Shown here one piece after another: positions 11,801-21,743 of a stretch of DNA of 64,000 nucleotides. The stretch is from a virus. The position numbers were made by a program, and so were the translations under genes. The notes below the pieces were generated by a model. That model was not told the DNA's origin. It saw only the letters and a list, made by a program, of their open reading frames with translations, and did no database searches. How positions within the stretch are numbered: position 1 is the first letter of the stretch; every line of letters begins with the position of its first letter. The DNA lies in IMG/VR virus record IMGVR_UViG_3300020392_000011, positions 4,634-68,633 of that record; one strand, 5' to 3'.

Positions 11801-13235
11801 TGGTCTTTCTTTACAAACAGATGAAGGTACAAAAAGATTAGAAATAACGGATGGTGGAACAGTTGATATTAAAAACGCAAGTCTAAGAATTGGCACAACC
11901 ACAGTTATAGATTCATCAAGAAATTTAACTAATATAGGAACTATCTCTAGTAGCCACATTACAACGGTTGATGGTAGTACTATACAATTATTTAATAGTT
12001 CTAGCACATCTGGTGGTGGTATAAAAATACCACGAGGGGGTCATATAACTTTCTATGGAGATGGTAGTTCTCATCATGGTATTGGCTCAAGGAATCAAAG
12101 TAATACCGTAGATGATGATTTAATGATTAGTTCTTATGGAGCAGTTTATATTGACCTTGATTCTAATAATAATAATTCATCTGGTGCTGACTTTGTAATT
12201 GGTAGACATAACGCTACTAATCAAGATTTATTAACTGTAAGTGGAGAAACTGGTCTTGTACAAACAACTGGTAATATTGTAAATGATATAGGTAATTCAG
12301 GTAATGACTCATATATCGAATTAAAAAATACTGGTTATACTGGTAATGTTACATCATTAAGACAAAACGCTGATGCTGCAAGGTCAGAACTTAACGCAAC
12401 AGAAAGACCAATATATATTCAGGCTGGTAGCGGAGGCGGTGTCAGTGGCGCGGAAGTAAGATTATTATGCAACCAAGTATTGGGTTTAAGAGTAGATGAT
12501 GCTGGTGATTTACATATGCCCGCAAGATTAAGACATCAAGGTGATGCAAATACTTATATACAATTCCATTCGGCAGATCAATTTAGAGTTGTTACAGGTG
12601 GTAATGAAAGATTAGAGGTTAACAGCTCGGGTGTATCAATTGGTACATCGTCTGCCAGAATTCCATTATCATTTGCAAATGTTTCTGCAATATCATCTAC
12701 AGCGAATACTCTTAGGGTAGGTGATGTCGATGAAAACGATGACTATTCAGCAGTAGACATACTTGCCATGGCTGGTACAGGTAGAGTTTATATAGAAGAT
12801 GGTGCCGTGTTTATTCATGGAACAGGTACTTCTAGTGCAAAATTTAGATTTAACAGTAGTGGCCAATTAGATGCTGCTAATGATATTGTTGCATTCTCAT
12901 CAGCCTTTTCTTCTGATAGAAAGCTTAAAGAAAATATACGCCCCTTAGAAAATTCATTAAATAAAGTATTAACGCTAGAAGGAGTAAAGTTTGACTGGAA
13001 ATCTAAAGAAAGAAAAAATGATCAATTAGGATTTATAGCACAAGATGTAGAAAAAGTGTTACCAGAACTTGTAAATGAAGTGGATACATTAGGGACAGAA
13101 GATGAAAAACATAAGGTTGTAAACTATGATGGTGTAATACCAGTCCTAGTAGAAGCAATGAAAGAACAACAAAAACTTATAAATAGACTAGAGGAAAGAA
13201 TAAAAGACCTCGAAGATAAAAGCGGAGAAAATTAA
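8856..13235 (+). CDS. Tail fibre with C-terminal peptidase S74 intramolecular chaperone
   Basis: SSDRKLKENI...GFIAQDVEKVLPELV...VNYDGVIPVLVEAMKEQQ coiled-coil end; three GNDGSGSGLDAD repeats. Confidence 0.9.
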   Translation: MALTDKDILITPNDGSSTADPKQEFTGASSSASDTITLETQFDGSITTLSFDGSEGQLFSISNDLTGTIFAVNDSAGVPSLEIDNDGEVRIAEFSGNVGIGLTAPADKLHVKGTRIRLDGTQYELRTSAGVFRAALKDDGGQTTLFADGNGSQPYLKFNGSDVIIGDGTSGQAKALQLFVGSAAVTTDNTGLTFTLDGTYSDGRFEHRFRKRDEGGGIPLYIDKTDGTANSHTAIARFGSYTSNADQFEVYGGAKVSGNLTVTGVANITGGVTCSTVNTGQGSTEVHLMNQNVRTSDAVTFTTVNTGQGATEVHLMNQNLRTTDDVTFDDLTVTGNLTITGDLNTVSVTDLDVADKTITLGRGQTEANSGGSGIIIDGSGASLLWDEADNYWAFNKKIAFDTTPTTTNQALGIRWTGFDKEGTTDFSDVAEIIHTTNTGGHSGSVLLIKSQNDSNDGIAFNTNTSSFLYRNSNKIWDAGNDGSGSGLDADKLDGVQGSSFLRSDANDTATGVITFANTPTLGGTTSNEGGEINFGAPTGGVHSSFALDNYQGHFRVHTLQSGKEFRIHSASSGLTTIGSNIGTVWASGNDGSGSGLDADTLDGVNSGSFLRSDANDTYTGTLSLAGVIKDSGDNRQIRLMHGTTSSQPAIGVGEQGVYGMKIRWNSGSNIEFDGFWNTSVTGSRNRDLGSINVNSAVWDLPTGVLINGSTAWHAGNDGSGSGLDADTLDGQHGSHYLNASNISSGTLAAARIPNLDASKITAGTFADARIPNLAGSKITSGTVPVARINSSSSTFLLGGIKIAATNNSQNFIAFSGTTGDQPGNFNHSYIGEQIYGGSEKSELVLAKYNDVQGSSGSDRIRMIGNNIVFDTYNSVITPSTNASLSTAVGTGSPSTRMTINQNGLVTINSVNNAYAFQVFGGDTDSFFGVSDDANNSANIIVTRSNGVTSFQHLGHTGATTINGTLTVSGNIIGNDIKAAGSGGLSLQTDEGTKRLEITDGGTVDIKNASLRIGTTTVIDSSRNLTNIGTISSSHITTVDGSTIQLFNSSSTSGGGIKIPRGGHITFYGDGSSHHGIGSRNQSNTVDDDLMISSYGAVYIDLDSNNNNSSGADFVIGRHNATNQDLLTVSGETGLVQTTGNIVNDIGNSGNDSYIELKNTGYTGNVTSLRQNADAARSELNATERPIYIQAGSGGGVSGAEVRLLCNQVLGLRVDDAGDLHMPARLRHQGDANTYIQFHSADQFRVVTGGNERLEVNSSGVSIGTSSARIPLSFANVSAISSTANTLRVGDVDENDDYSAVDILAMAGTGRVYIEDGAVFIHGTGTSSAKFRFNSSGQLDAANDIVAFSSAFSSDRKLKENIRPLENSLNKVLTLEGVKFDWKSKERKNDQLGFIAQDVEKVLPELVNEVDTLGTEDEKHKVVNYDGVIPVLVEAMKEQQKLINRLEERIKDLEDKSGEN
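9681..9839 (+). repeat. Tandem 81-nt (27-aa) repeat TVNTGQGxTEVHLMNQNxRTxDxVTF in fibre 2
   Basis: Two adjacent copies, near-identical as protein and diverged at synonymous sites. Confidence 0.85.
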
Positions 13236-13236
13236 A

Positions 13237-13464
13237 ATGAATATCACACATACATATGACGCACCATCAGGTGACGAAAAAGTTGTTGAAGTAACATTTG
13301 AATGTGATGAACCCGATGTAACTCACATTAGAACAATAAATGCAGTATTTGATGCAGATGGAGATTATAATGCTGGATTAACTGAAGAGCGTGTTGTTGA
13401 GGTTGGATTAGGCGTTAAAAATAAAATCGCAGTAGGTGCTATTTCAACACAAGAAGAGGAATAA
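13237..13464 (+). CDS. Small acidic hypothetical protein (possible fibre assembly factor)
   Basis: 75-aa ORF directly after the fibre gene; late promoter at 13178. Confidence 0.6.
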   Translation: MNITHTYDAPSGDEKVVEVTFECDEPDVTHIRTINAVFDADGDYNAGLTEERVVEVGLGVKNKIAVGAISTQEEE

Positions 13465-13465
13465 A

Positions 13466-14215
13466 ATGGCAGTACCAAATAGCAGAGATACATTAATTGA
13501 TTATTGCTTAAGGGCACTTGGTGCACCTGTAATTGAAATTAATGTTGATGATGACCAAGTTTCAGATAGAGTCGATGAAGCTTTACAGTTTTATCAACAT
13601 TATCATGCAGATGCTATTGAAAAGGTATTTTTAAAACATCAAGTTACACAAACAGATATTAACAATAAATATCTAACTTTAAATGGATTAGTTACTGAAG
13701 TAATTAGAGTCCTACCTATTAGAGATACTATAAGCTCAAATAATTTATTTGATATTAAATATCAGATGCATTTAAATGATATGTTTAGTTTAGGTTACAT
13801 GGGTTCACTATTAGAATACTCCATGGCACAACAATATCTAAGCACATTAGATTTAATTATAGATTCTGATAGTAAGTTTGCACAATTTGATAAACATAGA
13901 AATAGATTAGAAATACATATGAAATGGGACGAGGAACTTGCAGTAGGCGACTTTCTAGTAGTTGAAGCATATCGTATTATTGATCCAGAAACTTTTACAG
14001 AAGTTTATAACGACTATTATTTAAAGAAATATCTAACAGCATTACTAAAAAGACAATGGGGTGCTAACCTATTAAAATTTGAAGGAATGCAAATGCCAGG
14101 TGGAGTAACATTCAATGGCCGACAGCTATTTGATGATGCAAATGAAGAACTACAAAGGTTGGAAGAAGAAGTTAGACTTAATTGGGAAGAGCCAGTCGAT
14201 TTTTACACAGGATAA
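13466..14215 (+). CDS. gp13: Neck protein
   Basis: LIDYCLRALGAPVIEINVDDDQV...KRQWGANLLKF..PGGVTFNG; start moved to the ATG after the GAGG RBS. Confidence 0.95.
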   Translation: MAVPNSRDTLIDYCLRALGAPVIEINVDDDQVSDRVDEALQFYQHYHADAIEKVFLKHQVTQTDINNKYLTLNGLVTEVIRVLPIRDTISSNNLFDIKYQMHLNDMFSLGYMGSLLEYSMAQQYLSTLDLIIDSDSKFAQFDKHRNRLEIHMKWDEELAVGDFLVVEAYRIIDPETFTEVYNDYYLKKYLTALLKRQWGANLLKFEGMQMPGGVTFNGRQLFDDANEELQRLEEEVRLNWEEPVDFYTG

Positions 14216-14218
14216 AAA

Positions 14219-15160
14219 ATGCCTAGGAATGTTTATTTTTCACAGGCAGTAAGATCCGAACAAAACTTATACGAAGATCTTATTGTCGAATCACTAAAAA
14301 TATATGGACAAGATGTCTATTATATTCCGCGCACGTTAGTAAATAGAGATACTATATTGAACGAGGATCCTGGATCCAAGTTTGATGATGCATATTTAAT
14401 GGAAGCATACATTGAAAATGTTGATGGATTTGAAGGAGCAGGCGATTTATATTCTAAATTTGGTTTAGAAATTAGAGATGAAGCTACATTTATAATATCT
14501 AGAAAGGTATGGAACCACTCTGTGGGTTTAAACGAAGACTCATCAAAACCTAGGGAAGGAGATTTACTATTCTTTCCAATGACAAATAAGTTCTTTGAAA
14601 TATCATATGTAGAACACGATTCTCCGTTTTTCCAACTATCTAATTTGCCAGTATACAAATTAGTATGTAACTTATTTGAATATTCTGATGAGCAAATAGA
14701 AACTGGTGTCGAAGAAATAGATGATAAGACTGGTGCAGAAGCTTATCAGATAGCTATGGATCTAACAGTAAATAGTGGTAATCATTTTGAGCACTCAGAA
14801 ATAGTAACTCAAGAATTAGTACCAGCTTCTGGTGGAACACCAGCAATTAAAATATTTGGTGAAGTACAAACTATTACGAAAACTTCAGACCTAGCTGCAA
14901 CCATATCAGTTTCCAATATTGGTGTTAGTGGATCTGAAACATATAGACAATTCGTAGCTTCAGGAACCAAACCACTTGTTGGACAAACAAGTACAAACTC
15001 TTGTATAATAACTAAAGTATATGATATTGGCGATAATGATACAACTAAGGTATTAGCTTCTGACGGAGCTGCACAAAATGTTGCATTTGAAGCAATCGGC
15101 GATAACTTTATAGACTTTACCGAATCTAATCCATTCGGCGATCCATCGGAGACATTCTAA
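14219..15160 (+). CDS. gp14: Neck protein
   Basis: EQNLYEDLIVESLKIYGQDVYYIPR, SKFGLEIRDE, DFTESNPFG. Confidence 0.95.
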   Translation: MPRNVYFSQAVRSEQNLYEDLIVESLKIYGQDVYYIPRTLVNRDTILNEDPGSKFDDAYLMEAYIENVDGFEGAGDLYSKFGLEIRDEATFIISRKVWNHSVGLNEDSSKPREGDLLFFPMTNKFFEISYVEHDSPFFQLSNLPVYKLVCNLFEYSDEQIETGVEEIDDKTGAEAYQIAMDLTVNSGNHFEHSEIVTQELVPASGGTPAIKIFGEVQTITKTSDLAATISVSNIGVSGSETYRQFVASGTKPLVGQTSTNSCIITKVYDIGDNDTTKVLASDGAAQNVAFEAIGDNFIDFTESNPFGDPSETF

Positions 15161-15915
15161 TGTTTGGAGGTCACTTTTATCACGCAACAATGAGAAAATC
15201 AGTAGCTGTATTTGGTACATTATTTAATAACATAAATGTAATACGAAAAGACGGCAGTGGAGGAATATTAAATCAAGTTAAAGTTCCATTAGCGTATGGG
15301 CCTAAACAAAAATTCTTAGCTCGATTAGATCAGGAAACTGGCATTGATGCACCTTTGGCAATTAAGTTACCAAGAATGGCATTTGAAATTACATCATTAG
15401 AAATAGATGATAGCCAAAAATTGCAAAAGAAAAATAAAATAGTAGAAACACACGGCAGTGATATTACAAAAAGAAAAACAATTAATCATTATACATCGTA
15501 TAATATTGGAATGTCACTATTTATTTTAACAAAAAACCAAGACGATGGTTTACAAATTATGGAACAAATATTACCATATTTTCAGCCAGATTACACAGTA
15601 ACAATAAAACCTGTAGATAATTTTACATATAAGCAGGATGTTCCTATCGTATTAGATTCAGTATCTATTGATGACCAATACGAAGGAGATTTTACAGAAC
15701 GAAGAGTATTAACTTATCAGCTTGATTTCACTATGAAAATGAAGTTCTATGGACCAACTAAAGATGTTGGTTTAATTAGAGAAGTAAATGTTGATATTGA
15801 AAAATTTGGAACACAAAACATTATGGAGGAAATAGATTTTACAGTTGGAGCTAGTGATACTGCAGAAAACTTTACTGTAACTACTACAATTGATAATAAT
15901 CCATTAGTAGATTAA
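15160..15915 (+). CDS. gp15: Tail sheath stabiliser / completion protein
   Basis: FGTLFNNI, KVPLAYGPKQKFLARL, LPRMAFE, QILPYFQP. Confidence 0.95.
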   Translation: MFGGHFYHATMRKSVAVFGTLFNNINVIRKDGSGGILNQVKVPLAYGPKQKFLARLDQETGIDAPLAIKLPRMAFEITSLEIDDSQKLQKKNKIVETHGSDITKRKTINHYTSYNIGMSLFILTKNQDDGLQIMEQILPYFQPDYTVTIKPVDNFTYKQDVPIVLDSVSIDDQYEGDFTERRVLTYQLDFTMKMKFYGPTKDVGLIREVNVDIEKFGTQNIMEEIDFTVGASDTAENFTVTTTIDNNPLVD

Positions 15916-16337
15916 TGACTGATAAATTAGAAAAAATGAAAACATCACTGACTAAAAATTTGCCAGTGAAAGAAAAGCTACCAAAAATAGCAATTGATAA
16001 AGATATAAAAGATGATTATGAGTTTTCTCGTGAAACATATAAGAACCTTATAAAGGTAGGTTCCAGGTCTCTAGATATATTAGCAGACTTAGCCAGAGAG
16101 TCAGAACACCCCAGAGCATTTGAAGTATTATCCAAATCTATAAAAGATATCGGTGACACAACTGAAAAATTGATGGCTCTACAAAAAGCTCATCAAGATT
16201 TAACAGCTGAAGAACGAGAAGAAGTGAAAAAGCTAACGCAGAATAATGTGTTTATTGGTAGCACTACCGATTTACAAAGATTATTGTTAGATAAAGATAA
16301 GGATAGAGTCATAGATGCACCAAAAGATAAAGAATAG
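15915..16337 (+). CDS. gp16: Terminase small subunit
   Basis: DYEFSRE, ESEHPRAFEV, NNVFIGSTTDLQRLL. Confidence 0.93.
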   Translation: MTDKLEKMKTSLTKNLPVKEKLPKIAIDKDIKDDYEFSRETYKNLIKVGSRSLDILADLARESEHPRAFEVLSKSIKDIGDTTEKLMALQKAHQDLTAEEREEVKKLTQNNVFIGSTTDLQRLLLDKDKDRVIDAPKDKE

Positions 16338-17928
16338 CGAATTTGGATATTTAGGCAATCCCTCAGTAAAGAGAGATGGCATAGAGTCTGAATTTACTAA
16401 AGATGAAGTTATTGAATACCAAAAGTGTATGCGTGATCCAGCATACTTTGCTAGAAAATACATAAAAATTATTTCTCTTGATGAAGGATTAGTTCCATTT
16501 GATTTATACCCATACCAAGAAAAAATGTTTAATCATTTCTGCGAAAATAGATTTAATATTGTATTAGCATGTAGACAAAGCGGTAAATCAATTTCATCAG
16601 TTGTATTCTTATTATGGTATGCAATATTCCATCCAGAAAAAACTATTGCAATATTAGCTAACAAGGGCGCAGTTGCCAGAGAGATGTTAGCAAGAATTAC
16701 TTTAGCACTAGAAAACTTGCCATTCTTTTTACAGCCAGGTTGTAAGGCCCTTAATAAAGGATCTATAGAATTTAGTAATAACTCTAAGATTATAGCCAAT
16801 GCAACATCAGCAAGCTCAATAAGAGGTTTATCAGTTAACTTACTATTCTTAGATGAGTTTGCATTTGTAGATAAAGATGCTGATTTTTATACTTCAACAT
16901 ATCCAGTAGTATCTGCAGGTGACGATACTAAAGTAATAATAACATCTACCGCTAATGGTATTGGTAATGTATATCATAAGTTATGGGAAGGTGCTACTCA
17001 AAAAACTAATGAATTCGTACCATTTAGAGTTGATTGGTGGGATGTACCAGGAAGAGACGAAAAATGGAAAGAGTCTACAGTAGCTAATACATCTGCATTA
17101 CAATTTGAACAAGAGTTTGGTAATACATTCCATGGCCGAGGTAATACATTAATAGATGCGAATCATTTATTAGCTCAAATGGCTAAGGATCCAATACATA
17201 TAAAAGAAAATGTATATCTGTATGATAAGCCTAAAGAAGGACATAGTTATGTTATATGTGTCGATGTGGCAAAGGGCAGAGGACAAGACTATTCTACATT
17301 TAATATAATTGACGTATCTGAAAAGCCATTTCAGCAAGTTGGTGTATTTAGAGATAATAAATTATCGCCAATGCTATTTCCCGACATTATATACAAATAC
17401 GCAATGATGTACAATGAGGCTTATGTAGTAGTTGAAAGTAATGACCAAGGGTCAGTTGTTTGTAATGGCTTATACTACGATCTAGAATACGAAAATTTAT
17501 TTGTAGAATCATCTATAAAAGCTAATGCTGTCGGCGTAACTATGACGAAAAGAGTTAAAAGGATTGGTTGTTCTACTATAAAAGATTTAATCGAAGAAAA
17601 AAGATTAATGATACACGATGCTCAGACGATTGTAGAATTAAGTACATTCGTATCTAAAGGTAACTCATTTCAAGCTATTGCACCTAATCACGATGACCTT
17701 ATGATGAATTTAGTATTGTTTGGTTGGTTTACTTCAACCGATGTTTTTGAATCATTAACAAATATTAATATGAAAGATTTATTATATCGCGAAAGATTAA
17801 AAGAAATACAGGATGATATGCTCCCGTTTGGTATTATACGAGATAGTCACGGAGTTAAAGCTGATAAATATATAAAAGACGATGATGGAAACATCTGGTT
17901 TGAAACAGAATGGAAGAGTAATTACTAA
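16315..17928 (+). CDS. gp17: Terminase large subunit
   Basis: Walker A RQSGKS, LLFLDEFAF, ITSTANG; nuclease motifs DVAKGRGQDYS and HDDL. Confidence 0.97.
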   Translation: MHQKIKNSEFGYLGNPSVKRDGIESEFTKDEVIEYQKCMRDPAYFARKYIKIISLDEGLVPFDLYPYQEKMFNHFCENRFNIVLACRQSGKSISSVVFLLWYAIFHPEKTIAILANKGAVAREMLARITLALENLPFFLQPGCKALNKGSIEFSNNSKIIANATSASSIRGLSVNLLFLDEFAFVDKDADFYTSTYPVVSAGDDTKVIITSTANGIGNVYHKLWEGATQKTNEFVPFRVDWWDVPGRDEKWKESTVANTSALQFEQEFGNTFHGRGNTLIDANHLLAQMAKDPIHIKENVYLYDKPKEGHSYVICVDVAKGRGQDYSTFNIIDVSEKPFQQVGVFRDNKLSPMLFPDIIYKYAMMYNEAYVVVESNDQGSVVCNGLYYDLEYENLFVESSIKANAVGVTMTKRVKRIGCSTIKDLIEEKRLMIHDAQTIVELSTFVSKGNSFQAIAPNHDDLMMNLVLFGWFTSTDVFESLTNINMKDLLYRERLKEIQDDMLPFGIIRDSHGVKADKYIKDDDGNIWFETEWKSNY

Positions 17929-19361
17929 TGGAAAAATTTAATCAATATTTTACAGAAAAGTTTGAAGAGCCATTAGAGCAAAATGAGCTTCATGTAGTAG
18001 TATTAGGTAAAGGTGGAGAAGAAGGAACCTTTGCCGATTTAGCTGAAGAAGTCTGTAAAGATAAAAAAATAAAATATAATCTAATAAATGTAGATGAAGC
18101 TTGGATATCACAAAAAGATGTTGAAATCGGTAAAGTAACTATTCAAAATGCTGATGGTAAAGACACATCAGTGGAAATTGAGACACATAACTCTATTATA
18201 TTTGTTAGAGCTGGTGCCATAAGCACATTAGCTGCACAAGCAATTGTATCATCATTACAAGTTATTGGATTCTTTCTTGTAAATGACCTAGAGTCTATGT
18301 TAGCATGTGACAATAAAATGTCAAATGTTATTATGCTAGAAAGAAATAATATACCTACACCTAGATCTTCCATTTTATCAAATAAAAAATCTATAGAAGA
18401 TGCACATAAAAGAATTGGTGGCAAATTTCCAGTAATTATAAAAACATTAACAGGTACTCAAGGTGTTGGAGTATCTAAGGTTAACGATATGGCCTCATTA
18501 GTTTCGGTTGCACAATCTTTATGGAAATTTAATGCACAAATACTAATACAAGAATATTTTAATATGGAATCTGATGTTAGAACATTAGTCGTAAATGGTA
18601 AAATAATAGCATCAGCTGAAAGAGTTAGAACAGACGAAAAAGACTTTAGAAACAATGTACATTTAGGTGCATCAACTAAACCTTATAAATTATCAAGAGA
18701 AGAAGCTGATATTATAGTAAATGCAGCTAGAAGCAGTGGTGCTTTATATTGTGGAGTTGATAGTTGTTTACATAAAGGTAAACCATACATATTAGAAGTA
18801 AATGGTTCGCCAGGTATTAGATCACATTTTAATGCTTATGATCCTAATACTGGAAAATCATTAGGTAGAAAAAATGATAAAGCTGTTATTGGTACAATAA
18901 TAGATTATTTTAGTGGAGAAAGAGCTAGAAGACCACTAATGAGATTAGAAGCTGGTTATATAGAGACAGTTATATTAGATGGATTAGAAGATGATCCTAT
19001 TAGAGCTAAATTTGATACAGGTAATAGTGCAGTGGCTACTATGTTTCATGTAGATAGCATGGAAGCTGACGGTGATTATGTTAAATGGACCAAGAATGGT
19101 AAAGCATTTAGAAGTGAAGTACTATATGTATCTGAACCAAAAAGAGGCCTTAAAGAGTTTGATAAAAGGCCAGTAATAGAACACGAACTAAGATTTAATA
19201 ATAAAACATATAATGCGGAGATTGGATTGAGTACTAAAGATACTGCATCTGAAATGTTAGTTAATAGAAAACTAATGACTAAATTTAAGGTGTCAGTTAA
19301 CCCTAACCGTAAATTTATATTAAGTAATGTGACCGAAGCTAACGACGATACGGACCACTAA
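17928..19361 (+). CDS. rimK: RimK-family ATP-grasp ligase fused to a C-terminal retropepsin-like (RimB-type) protease
   Basis: FPVIIKTLTGTQGVGV, QEY, DVR, FRNNVHLG, GVD, LEVNGSPG (RimK); GYIETV...AKFDTGN...RPVI...MLVNRKLM (DTG aspartic protease). Confidence 0.88.
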   Translation: MEKFNQYFTEKFEEPLEQNELHVVVLGKGGEEGTFADLAEEVCKDKKIKYNLINVDEAWISQKDVEIGKVTIQNADGKDTSVEIETHNSIIFVRAGAISTLAAQAIVSSLQVIGFFLVNDLESMLACDNKMSNVIMLERNNIPTPRSSILSNKKSIEDAHKRIGGKFPVIIKTLTGTQGVGVSKVNDMASLVSVAQSLWKFNAQILIQEYFNMESDVRTLVVNGKIIASAERVRTDEKDFRNNVHLGASTKPYKLSREEADIIVNAARSSGALYCGVDSCLHKGKPYILEVNGSPGIRSHFNAYDPNTGKSLGRKNDKAVIGTIIDYFSGERARRPLMRLEAGYIETVILDGLEDDPIRAKFDTGNSAVATMFHVDSMEADGDYVKWTKNGKAFRSEVLYVSEPKRGLKEFDKRPVIEHELRFNNKTYNAEIGLSTKDTASEMLVNRKLMTKFKVSVNPNRKFILSNVTEANDDTDH

Positions 19362-19441
19362 GAACAAAAATATTATAAATAATACTAGTGAATAACCGTA
19401 TTATGTAACATATAAACTAACTCAAATGAGAGGATAAAGCG

Positions 19442-21142
19442 ATGGCATTTCAAGTATCACCAGGCGTTCAAGTCAAAGAAATTGACGCTACGAACGTCGT
19501 CCCAGCGGTATCTACCAGTATTGGTGGATTTACGGGGCAATTTAAATGGGGATCAGCGGACGAGGTAATTCAAGTAGGTTCTGAAAACGAACTTGTTGAA
19601 CTATTTGGTGCGCCAGATTCAAGCACCGCAGAACACTTTCTTCAAGCGGCATCATTCTTAAAGTATGGAAACGCTTTGAAAGTAGTAAGAGTTGTAGCAT
19701 CAGATGCGCGTAATGCGTCAGTTGGAGCAACAGAACTCTTATTGAAAAACGAATCGGAATATCTAGCAGCATCATTAAACGTGTCAGACCACGGAGAATG
19801 GGTAGCAAGATGTCCGGGAGTCTTGGGTAATGCATTAAGTGTAGACATTGTGACACAAAGTATTAGTTCTTCAGATTTTGACGCATGGCAACATGCATCA
19901 CAATTTGATGGAATACCTGGTACTTCACAAAAAGCCCTAGACTTAGGCTTAACGACTAATGACGAAATGCATGTTGTAGTATATGATAGAACTGGTGCAA
20001 TTACTGGTACACCTAACACTGTATTAGAAACTTACCAATTCTTATCACAAGCATCAGATGCTAAGAACCCAGAAGGTTCTTCAATATTCTACAAAGATGT
20101 AATTAACGCACAATCAGAGTATATCAGATGGGCAGCTCATTCTGCAGCTTTAAACGAAGCAGGATCGACCCTAGCTGGTGTAGCTGGTGGAAGCTTCACC
20201 GTATCATCATCTGTAATTACAGATAATTTAGACGGTGGATTAGATGGAGCTAATGTAGCTCATGGCCAAGTAGTTGGTGGATTAGATCTACTAAAAGACG
20301 CATCAACAGTGGATGTAAATTTATTATTTGCACCTGCAGATGTCGGTGCTGGTGTTCAGATTGGAACAAAACTTCACGAAGTTGCTGAACACAGAAAAGA
20401 TTTAGTAGCATTTGTATCACCACCAGTTGCTGATACAGCTAATGTAGCAGCTGCTACAGCTGTAACTAATGTATTAGGCTACCATACCGATCTAGGTAAA
20501 TCATCATCATATATGGTAATGGATTCAGGATCCGTATATGTATACGATAAGTATAACGATGTATTTAGATATATACCAGCAAATGGCTTAATGGCTGGCC
20601 TTTGTGCAAACACAGATGAAGTTGCGGATGCATGGTTCTCACCTGCAGGAGTCAACAGAGGTCAATTACGTGGCGTTACTAAATTAGCGTATAACCCAAC
20701 TAAAGCTCAAAGAGATTCATTATACAAATCACAAATTAACCCATTAGTATCTTTCCCAGGCCAAGGTACAATGCTTTTCGGAGATAAAACAATGTTAAGC
20801 AGAGCATCAGCCTTTGATAGAATTAATGTAAGAAGGTTATTTATTGCGATAGAAAAAGCAATCTCAACAGCAGCAGAAGCACAACTCTTTGAATTCAACG
20901 ATGAATTTACAAGGGCTCAATTTAGAAATTTATTAGAGCCATTCCTAAGAGATGTGAAAGGTAGAAGAGGAATTACAGACTTTTTAGTGGTTTGTGATGA
21001 CTCAAATAACACAAGTGCGGTTGTGGACTCTAATAGATTTGTAGCTGACATTTTTGTCAAGCCAGCAAGATCTATTAATTTCATAACTCTTAACTTTATT
21101 GCAACCAGAACTGGCGTAAGCTTCAACGAAGTAGCCGGATAA
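19442..21142 (+). CDS. gp18: Tail sheath protein
   Basis: MAFQVSPGVQVKEID, WFSPAGVNRG, FDRINVRRLF, FEFNDEFTR. Confidence 0.97.
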   Translation: MAFQVSPGVQVKEIDATNVVPAVSTSIGGFTGQFKWGSADEVIQVGSENELVELFGAPDSSTAEHFLQAASFLKYGNALKVVRVVASDARNASVGATELLLKNESEYLAASLNVSDHGEWVARCPGVLGNALSVDIVTQSISSSDFDAWQHASQFDGIPGTSQKALDLGLTTNDEMHVVVYDRTGAITGTPNTVLETYQFLSQASDAKNPEGSSIFYKDVINAQSEYIRWAAHSAALNEAGSTLAGVAGGSFTVSSSVITDNLDGGLDGANVAHGQVVGGLDLLKDASTVDVNLLFAPADVGAGVQIGTKLHEVAEHRKDLVAFVSPPVADTANVAAATAVTNVLGYHTDLGKSSSYMVMDSGSVYVYDKYNDVFRYIPANGLMAGLCANTDEVADAWFSPAGVNRGQLRGVTKLAYNPTKAQRDSLYKSQINPLVSFPGQGTMLFGDKTMLSRASAFDRINVRRLFIAIEKAISTAAEAQLFEFNDEFTRAQFRNLLEPFLRDVKGRRGITDFLVVCDDSNNTSAVVDSNRFVADIFVKPARSINFITLNFIATRTGVSFNEVAG

Positions 21143-21154
21143 TAGGAGAGAATA

Positions 21155-21682
21155 ATGGCAATTTTAGGCGTAGATGATTTTAAATCAAAGCTAACAGGCG
21201 GAGGCGCAAGGCCGAACCTTTTCAAAGTGACATGTAACTTTCCAACATATGTAGGAGCTGACGTAGAGAAAGCTTCATTTATGGTAAGGGCTGCACAGCT
21301 TCCAGCATCTGTACTAGGTATGGTAGAAGTACCATTCAGAGGCAGAAAATTAATGATGGCTGGAGATAGAACATTTGAACCGTGGACAATCACAGTTTTA
21401 AATGATACTGACTTTGCAGTAAGGGACGCATTTGAAATATGGAGCAACGGTATTAATGCACACAGTGCTAATACTGGTCTTGCAAACCCAACAGATTACT
21501 TTGCAGATATGATAGTTGAACAACTAGATAACTCAGGTAGTACTGTTAAAAAATACGATTTCCGTGGAACATGGCCATCAAACGTTGGAGCTATAGAGCT
21601 CAACTATGATGAAGCAACTGCGATTGAAGAATTCGAAGTTGAATTACAGATCCAATATTGGGAATCAAATACAACATCTTAA
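21155..21682 (+). CDS. gp19: Tail tube protein
   Basis: GGARPNLF, VPFRGRKLMMAGDRTFEPWTITV. Confidence 0.97.
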   Translation: MAILGVDDFKSKLTGGGARPNLFKVTCNFPTYVGADVEKASFMVRAAQLPASVLGMVEVPFRGRKLMMAGDRTFEPWTITVLNDTDFAVRDAFEIWSNGINAHSANTGLANPTDYFADMIVEQLDNSGSTVKKYDFRGTWPSNVGAIELNYDEATAIEEFEVELQIQYWESNTTS

Positions 21683-21743
21683 TTGATGTATAAATAATAT
21701 TAGAGGAGGGAGAAATCCCTCCAATAATATTTGAGGTAATTAT

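Noticed and set aside
1-13235. Diversity-generating retroelement or CRISPR array among the fibre repeats
   Set aside because: Repeats are in-frame protein modules with synonymous divergence; no reverse transcriptase, adenine-specific TR/VR pair or regular repeat-spacer array was seen.
21705-21722. GGAGGGA-GAAA-TCCCTCC as an intrinsic terminator
   Set aside because: No U-tract and it lies downstream of a late promoter; more likely a leader or stability hairpin.
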